Shown in pieces: positions 37,469 through 42,984 of a DNA stretch of 42,984 nucleotides. The position numbers and the translations under genes are program-made. Source of the stretch: Candidatus Obscuribacteraceae bacterium (GTDB lineage Bacteria > Cyanobacteriota > Vampirovibrionia > Obscuribacterales > Obscuribacteraceae); the NCBI GenBank assembly GCA_044229845.1, contig JBGASG010000019.1, forward strand, positions 1 through 42,984. Direction: 5' to 3'. How positions within the stretch are numbered: position 1 is the stretch's first letter; the number at the start of each line of letters is the position of its first letter. The notes under the pieces are model-generated. The model made no database searches and was not told the DNA's origin. It saw only the letters and a program-made list of their open reading frames with translations.

Positions 37469-38563
37469 CTACTGCAACGTGACGCTGCCGGAGACGTCCA
37501 CTGATATCCGTCCGGACTCGACATCAGAAGGATAATTGCGCAGCGGTATCGAGACGTTTCCTTGCGCTGCCACGGACTGATCGAAGAAGACAAGTCCCTT
37601 GCTCTCTTCGCCCGGCAGTACAAGGCGTTTGCCGAAGCGCAAATCTTCGACGCGCCGCATGGTTTCGTAGACACCATAGCGAGCTGAGGGTGATGTTTTG
37701 TTGGTCATGCGCTCACCGGCGATTACGGTGGCCAGTCCCAGTGTTGCCACTGTGATGGCCGCCAGTTCGACCTTTTGGCCGCCTGTGAAAAACGGATGGG
37801 TGCGTTGCACCACGACGTTTTCCGGCAGCGCCTGAATCGGTGTGTTGCCGCTGTAGATAATTGCTGAATTGGCGTCGACTGTCATCGGGGCGGTGGTGTT
37901 GTTCTTCACTTTCAGTACGATCACCGTCACGTTCAGTTTCCTGCCGGACGGCATGGGTCCGACCAGTTGCCCGGCTGTAGCGGTCAGTCCCTCTTTGACG
38001 ATGCTGCCTTTCAAGGGCTCGGTGGGCTGCAGTCGCGGACCAAGAATTTGCGTCACTCCCGGCTGCTGTTTCAAAGGACTGTTTTGTTTGCCTTCTTCGT
38101 AATAGGAAGGTGGCAGTGTTTTAGGCGGCACGGCTGGTGGAGAGAGCAAATCCATTTTGGGAATGTACGGATAGGCCGGATTGGTGCCGTCGTAGACCGG
38201 AATGGCCTCCGCCGCGTTGCCGCTGCCGGTGCCCGTGGGAGCGGCGCCGCCGGCATTTTTAGCCGGTACGCGGGCGCTGCCGCCAGGACCGCTGCCTGGC
38301 ACGCTGATGTGAGATGTGCCGCCGCCGCCGGGCGGAGAGGTGCCGCCGGTGCCTCCTGCATCAGAAGATCCCTGTCCCGGCGCCGGAGTAGAGATTGGCG
38401 GCTTTAACTGCGGCTCGCCGGGGTCGCCTGTGGTTTGTGCCGGTGCCGGTGCGCAAACTATGTTTGCCACCAGTCCCGCGATCAGCAACCGGGCGGTGAA
38501 AAGTCTGGCTCCGACTGGATTCGAACCAGTAGCCTGGCGATTATGAGTCGCTTGCTCCACCAT
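37469..38563 (-). CDS. Exported Pro/Gly-rich hypothetical protein; start uncertain, overlaps or abuts tRNA-Ile2
   Basis: Long open frame with signal-like [23 protein letters not shown] and a globular C-terminal half. Confidence 0.7.
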   Translation of the reverse strand: MVEQATHNRQATGSNPVGARLFTARLLIAGLVANIVCAPAPAQTTGDPGEPQLKPPISTPAPGQGSSDAGGTGGTSPPGGGGTSHISVPGSGPGGSARVPAKNAGGAAPTGTGSGNAAEAIPVYDGTNPAYPYIPKMDLLSPPAVPPKTLPPSYYEEGKQNSPLKQQPGVTQILGPRLQPTEPLKGSIVKEGLTATAGQLVGPMPSGRKLNVTVIVLKVKNNTTAPMTVDANSAIIYSGNTPIQALPENVVVQRTHPFFTGGQKVELAAITVATLGLATVIAGERMTNKTSPSARYGVYETMRRVEDLRFGKRLVLPGEESKGLVFFDQSVAAQGNVSIPLRNYPSDVESGRISVDVSGSVTLQ

Positions 38564-38577
38564 TGAGCTACGGAGCC
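38506..38577 (-). tRNA. tRNA-Ile2(CAT), lysidine type; CCA not encoded
   Basis: GGCTCCG TAGCTCAATGGTGGAGC A AGCGA CTCATAA TCGCC AGGCT ACTGG TTCGAAT CCAGT CGGAGCC A; anticodon arm GCGA-CTCATAA-TCGC matches Ile2 rather than fMet; TACAAT -10 at 38594-38599. Confidence 0.88.
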
Positions 38578-38642
38578 GAGTTGGTGAATTTCTATTGTAA
38601 CCGTACATCGGGGATACCTTCAGCGAACAAGTAGAGTCGGAT

Positions 38643-39995
38643 CTACTTAGGAGCCATAGCGGTCATGTGCTTTTCGATAAAGTCTGTCGTCACGTCGCCT
38701 TTCTGGAAATGAGGATTGTCCAGAACGCGCAGGTGGAACGGTATCGTCGTCTGAATGCCGGTGATGGCGTATTCATCTAAAGCGCGGTGCATCCGTTCGA
38801 TAGCTTCTTCGCGGGTTTGTCCCCAGACGATCAGTTTGCCGACCAGCGAGTCGTAGAAAGGCGGTATCGAATAGCCCGGATAGCAGTGGCTGTCGACACG
38901 CACGCCCGGTCCACCCGGTGCGATGTAGGCATCGACTCGACCCGGGCACGGCAAGAAATTGCGTTCGGGATCTTCGGCGTTGATGCGGCATTCGATTGCG
39001 TGTCCGCGGAATTTCACGTCTTCTTGTTTGATCGATAGTTTTTCGCCGGCGGCGACGCGAATTTGTTCTTTGATCAGGTCGTAGCCGGTGATCATTTCGG
39101 TGACCGGGTGCTCTACCTGAATGCGGGTGTTCATTTCCATGAAATAGAAGCGGTCGTCCGCGAAAATAAACTCCACCGTACCGGCGCCTTCGTAGCCGAT
39201 GTTCTTGGCGGCCAGCACGGCGGACGCGCCCATTTTCTCACGCATCTCCGGTGTCAGAGCCGGACTGGGCGCTTCTTCGATCAGCTTCTGGTGGCGCCGC
39301 TGCACGGAGCAATCGCGCTCACCGAGGTGAATAGTGTTGCCGAAACTGTCGGCCATCACCTGAATCTCGACGTGGCGAATTGGTTTCAAGTATTTTTCGA
39401 TATAGACACCGGCGTCGCCGAAAGCCGCTGCCGCTTCGCTGCGCGCTGTGGCGATGGCTCTGCCGAGCTGCACCGTGTCGTTGGCGATGCGCATGCCTTT
39501 GCCGCCACCACCAGCGGTGGCTTTGATAATCACCGGATAGCCGATCTCTTCGGCCAGCTCGAACGCCTCTTCTTCGTCTTCGACCAATCCGTCGCTGCCC
39601 GGTACACAGGGCACGCCGGCTTTCTTCATGGTTTCGCGAGCATTGGCTTTGTCGCCCATGCCGTTAATGGCTTCGATGCTCGGACCGATGAACTTGATGC
39701 GATGGTCGGCGCAGATTTCCGCGAAATTGGCGTTCTCCGCCAGAAAACCGTAGCCGGGATGGATAGCCTCGGCGCCGGTGACGACGGCGGTGCTGATTAG
39801 CGCCGGAATATGCAGGTAACTGCGCGTCGCGCTCGCCGGTCCGATGCAAAATGCCTCGTCGGCCAGTTTGACGTGCAGCGATTCGGAGTCGGCTTGCGAA
39901 TAGACGGCGACCGTTCGGATGCCCAGTTCGCGGCAAGCGCGAATCACACGTAGAGCAATCTCGCCTCGGTTGGCAATCAGGACTTTCTGGAACAT
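38643..39995 (-). CDS. accC: Acetyl-CoA carboxylase biotin carboxylase
   Basis: [51 protein letters not shown]. Confidence 0.98.
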   Translation of the reverse strand: MFQKVLIANRGEIALRVIRACRELGIRTVAVYSQADSESLHVKLADEAFCIGPASATRSYLHIPALISTAVVTGAEAIHPGYGFLAENANFAEICADHRIKFIGPSIEAINGMGDKANARETMKKAGVPCVPGSDGLVEDEEEAFELAEEIGYPVIIKATAGGGGKGMRIANDTVQLGRAIATARSEAAAAFGDAGVYIEKYLKPIRHVEIQVMADSFGNTIHLGERDCSVQRRHQKLIEEAPSPALTPEMREKMGASAVLAAKNIGYEGAGTVEFIFADDRFYFMEMNTRIQVEHPVTEMITGYDLIKEQIRVAAGEKLSIKQEDVKFRGHAIECRINAEDPERNFLPCPGRVDAYIAPGGPGVRVDSHCYPGYSIPPFYDSLVGKLIVWGQTREEAIERMHRALDEYAITGIQTTIPFHLRVLDNPHFQKGDVTTDFIEKHMTAMAPK

Positions 39996-40022
39996 CGAAT
40001 GTTCAGCCTTTGAAAAAGAGTT

Positions 40023-40520
40023 TTAGCCCTTAGGATCGACCATGAACAGCGCTTGACCGTACTCGACGGTGGTGCCGTTGTCGACGCAGCATTTGATGAT
40101 TTTGCCGCCGATTTCAGCGGGCAGATCGTTCATCAGTTTCATCGCTTCGATGATGCAGATGGTTTGTCCGGGCGCGATGCGATCGCCGATTTCTACGAAC
40201 GAAGCAGCGGTAGGTGTGGGAGCTCTGTAGAACGTGCCGACCATGGGAGAGGTGATCGCCACCAGTCCGTTGCTCTCGCCGGCGTCGTCTTTCTTGGCGG
40301 GCGGAGCAGCATCGAGTTCGGGATGCGGCAGCGTTCTAGAATGCACCGGCGGTGGTGCTATGTTGGCTGTCTGGGGCACTTCGATAAGACTGGGAACGTA
40401 TTGAGCGTGAGCTTTTTTGATGGTTATTTTCTGGTCGCCGGACTCAATGGTCAGTTCGGTGATGTCAGTCTTGCTTACCACTCCAAGCAAATCGCGGATT
40501 TGTTCTAGATCGATTTTCAC
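40023..40520 (-). CDS. accB: Acetyl-CoA carboxylase biotin carboxyl carrier protein
   Basis: IDLEQIRDLL, SPMVGTFY, EAMKLMN biotinylation motif; GTG start at 40520 (alternative 40562). Confidence 0.96.
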   Translation of the reverse strand: MKIDLEQIRDLLGVVSKTDITELTIESGDQKITIKKAHAQYVPSLIEVPQTANIAPPPVHSRTLPHPELDAAPPAKKDDAGESNGLVAITSPMVGTFYRAPTPTAASFVEIGDRIAPGQTICIIEAMKLMNDLPAEIGGKIIKCCVDNGTTVEYGQALFMVDPKG

Positions 40521-40566
40521 GGTATCTCTCGTAGTGCTGGATTTCTTCGTTTCAACGGACACAAGC

Positions 40567-41127
40567 TTATACCCGTGTGATGTACTTTCTGGTGCGGGTG
40601 TCAACGCGTATCTTTTCACCCTGCTTGAGGTGGAACGGCACTTGAATCTGGGCGCCGGTTTCCAATGTCGCCGGCTTGCCGCCGCCTGAAGATGTATCGC
40701 CGCGCTCATCGGGAACCGTTTCCGTGACGATCAATTCCACCGTGTTCGGCAGATCGACGCCAATCACGCGCCCTTCGTAGCGCATGACCTGAATGCCTTC
40801 CAGTCCTTCCTTGAGAAATTCGACGCCGTCGCCGATCTGAGCCGGTGACAGTTCGAACTGTTCGAAGTTGGTGGAATCCATGAACGTGTAATCATCGCCG
40901 GTCTTATAGAGATACTGCATCTCGGACTTTTCGACGATCGCTTGCGGCAGTTTTTCGCCCGCTCTGAAAGTCACTTCCAAGACGCTGCCGGTCTCCACGT
41001 TCTTTAGTTTTGTGCGCACGAAGGCGGAGCCCTTGCCGGGCTTGACGTGCATAGCTTCTGCCACAGCCCAGACGCCGTTGTTATAGACAATGGTCACGCC
41101 CGGCCTGAAATCGTTGCTCGAAATCAT
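40567..41127 (-). CDS. efp: Translation elongation factor P
   Basis: MISSNDFRPG, HVKPGKGSAFVR, GDT..GG.KPATLETG. Confidence 0.98.
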   Translation of the reverse strand: MISSNDFRPGVTIVYNNGVWAVAEAMHVKPGKGSAFVRTKLKNVETGSVLEVTFRAGEKLPQAIVEKSEMQYLYKTGDDYTFMDSTNFEQFELSPAQIGDGVEFLKEGLEGIQVMRYEGRVIGVDLPNTVELIVTETVPDERGDTSSGGGKPATLETGAQIQVPFHLKQGEKIRVDTRTRKYITRV

Positions 41128-41337
41128 AGTCCTATCCTAAACACCCTTAAATTCACGCGACGTCAAGTGACTGCAGTCGCAAAGCACCGCAGATTCTAAC
41201 ATCTTTAATTGTATTGATTAGCCGGGTCGTCAGCCTTGGACCGGTTTCATTACAAAGCGAGCCATCTTTACGCAACATAAATGGCGAAATGGCTCATTGG
41301 TTCGGGGTTTCGACTACATGCGTTATAATCGCGCCCT

Positions 41338-42984
41338 ATGACTCAAGCACCGCAATCTACCGTGAATACCGCTTACAATCCCAAAGACGTCGAGGACAAG
41401 TGGACCGACTACTGGGTTAAGCATGAGGTCTTCGACCTCGACATCATCCCGGACCGGCCGGCATTTTCCATTGCCATCCCGCCGCCGAACATCACAGGCG
41501 CCCTGCACATGGGGCACGCCTTGAACGGGACGCTCCAGGACATCCTGGTGCGCTGGAAACGCATGCAGGGTTACAACGTGCTCTGGCAACCGGGCACCGA
41601 CCATGCAGGCATCTCCACGCAGATGGTTGTCGAAAGGCAGCTCAAGAAAAACGGGCAAAACCGCCACGATCTCGGGCGCGAGAAGTTCATCGAACAGTGC
41701 TGGGTCTGGCGTCGTCAGTATGGCGACAATATTTATGAGCAGTATCGGCGTCTGGGTGTCAGCTTCGCCTGGAATCGCCCCGCTTTTACGCTCGACGATG
41801 ATTATGTAAAAGCAATCTATCGCGTTTTCGTTACGCTCTTTCAGGAAGGCAAAATCTATCGCGGCACCCGCGTCAACAACTGGTGCCCGCGTTGTCAGAC
41901 GAGTCTTTCCGACCTGGAAGTCGAGCACAACGAGACCAAGGGACACCTGTTCCACATTCGTTATCTGGTCGCCGGAGCCGATGGCAAGCCCGTGGGCGCT
42001 GCCGCCGGCGCTGATGCGAAATCGGGAACAGCCATCATAGTTGCCACCACTCGTCCGGAGTCGATGTTCGGAGACGTGGCGGTGGCGGTCAATCCCAAAG
42101 ACGAACGGTACAGGGCGCTGATCGGGAAAACCGTGATTCTGCCGCTTTCCAACCGGCCGATTCCGGTCATCGGCGATGAATACGTCGATATGGAATTCGG
42201 AACGGGCGCGCTGAAAATCACACCCGCCCACGACCCTAACGACTGGGAGATCGGACAGCGTCACAAACTGGAAGAACCGGTGGTCATCGATAAGCACGGC
42301 AACATGATTGCCTGCGATTTCGTGCCGCAAGAGTTTCAGGGTCTGGAGCGCTTCAAAGCGCGGGCTGCGGTTGTCGAGGCGCTGGAAACAGCAGAACTGC
42401 TGGCTCAAAAACAAGATTATGTGCACGGGGTCGGGCACTGCGAGCGGTGTCACACCGTGCTGGAGCCGTCGCTCACCGAGCAGTGGTATCTGGCCATGAA
42501 AGAGCTGGCGGAACCGGCCATCACGGCGGTCGAAGAAGAGCGCGTGGTCTTCATTCCCAACCGCTATGCATCGACCTATCTTGACTGGATGCGCAACATT
42601 CGCGACTGGAACATCAGTCGGCAACTCTGGTGGGGACATCGCATTCCTGTCTGGACCTGCAGCAACGGACACGTTGATGCTTATGAGGAAACTCCGGAAC
42701 AATGCCGCCAGTGCCAGTCGAGAGAACTGACGCAAGATCAGGACGTGCTCGATACATGGTTCAGTTCTGCTCTCTGGCCGTTCGCTACGCTTGGCTGGCC
42801 TGAGCAAACTGAGGAGATGCATCTCTTTTATCCGACGACGGTCTTGTCGACTGCGCGCGAGATCATCAACCTCTGGGTTGCGCGCATGATTTTCATGGGC
42901 ATCAAATTTGCCGGCACCATTCCGTTCAAACATGTTTTGATCCACCCGGTCATCCAGACGCCTGATGGCAAGCGCATGTCCAAG
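41338..42984 (+). CDS. valS: Valine--tRNA ligase (partial, runs off the right edge)
   Basis: Read directly from the sequence: MTQAPQ.., PPPNITGALHMGH, GTDHAGI, TTRPES, FGTGALKITPAHD, DWNISRQLWWGH, DVLDTWFSS, ends KRMSK. Confidence 0.98.
   Translation, partial: MTQAPQSTVNTAYNPKDVEDKWTDYWVKHEVFDLDIIPDRPAFSIAIPPPNITGALHMGHALNGTLQDILVRWKRMQGYNVLWQPGTDHAGISTQMVVERQLKKNGQNRHDLGREKFIEQCWVWRRQYGDNIYEQYRRLGVSFAWNRPAFTLDDDYVKAIYRVFVTLFQEGKIYRGTRVNNWCPRCQTSLSDLEVEHNETKGHLFHIRYLVAGADGKPVGAAAGADAKSGTAIIVATTRPESMFGDVAVAVNPKDERYRALIGKTVILPLSNRPIPVIGDEYVDMEFGTGALKITPAHDPNDWEIGQRHKLEEPVVIDKHGNMIACDFVPQEFQGLERFKARAAVVEALETAELLAQKQDYVHGVGHCERCHTVLEPSLTEQWYLAMKELAEPAITAVEEERVVFIPNRYASTYLDWMRNIRDWNISRQLWWGHRIPVWTCSNGHVDAYEETPEQCRQCQSRELTQDQDVLDTWFSSALWPFATLGWPEQTEEMHLFYPTTVLSTAREIINLWVARMIFMGIKFAGTIPFKHVLIHPVIQTPDGKRMSK

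Noticed and set aside
16280..38505. Integrated element bounded by the tRNAs
   Set aside because: No integrase, transposase or att duplication seen; the content is housekeeping
41323..42945. 540-aa minus-strand ORF
   Set aside because: Antisense shadow of valS, which is on the + strand and missing from the ORF track only because it has no stop in the window

Overview
Chromosomal window, about 57% GC by eye. Gene content (cyanobacterial-type efp-accB, DciA/DUF721, adenosine deaminase, no photosynthesis genes, many Pro/Gly-rich secreted proteins) suggests a non-photosynthetic cyanobacterial relative (Melainabacteria/Vampirovibrionia, Obscuribacterales-like); this is an inference. Housekeeping genes include thyA-folA, aat, tlyA, miaA, sppA, tonB-exbB-exbD, aroE, ftsEX, a cyclophilin, efp-accB-accC, a partial valS, two tRNAs and a heavily frameshifted P5C dehydrogenase at the left edge. 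The best candidate for a novel system is a minus-strand RiPP cluster at 5265-8810. It has two Sec-exported Cys-containing precursors, one with eleven KGKE(G/A)SC heptads on a 21-bp tandem repeat and one with an SACGKGSCG core plus 11-mer repeats. These are followed by a DUF692 multinuclear iron oxidase (MNIO), a DUF2063-type partner and a YceI protein, making an oxazolin/bufferin-like metal-binding RiPP with a different core motif. Other oddities: a RelE-like/UvrD/helical-repeat fusion next to an adenosine deaminase, a split pseudo-trypsin/DUF4388/TonB-C membrane protein, a disordered Zn-ribbon protein with repeated LRSPLL motifs, a cytochrome c6-like protein, an H1-like protein, a tRNA-Ser with a collapsed D-arm, a tRNA-Ile2 overlapping a CDS start, and two structured intergenic elements.
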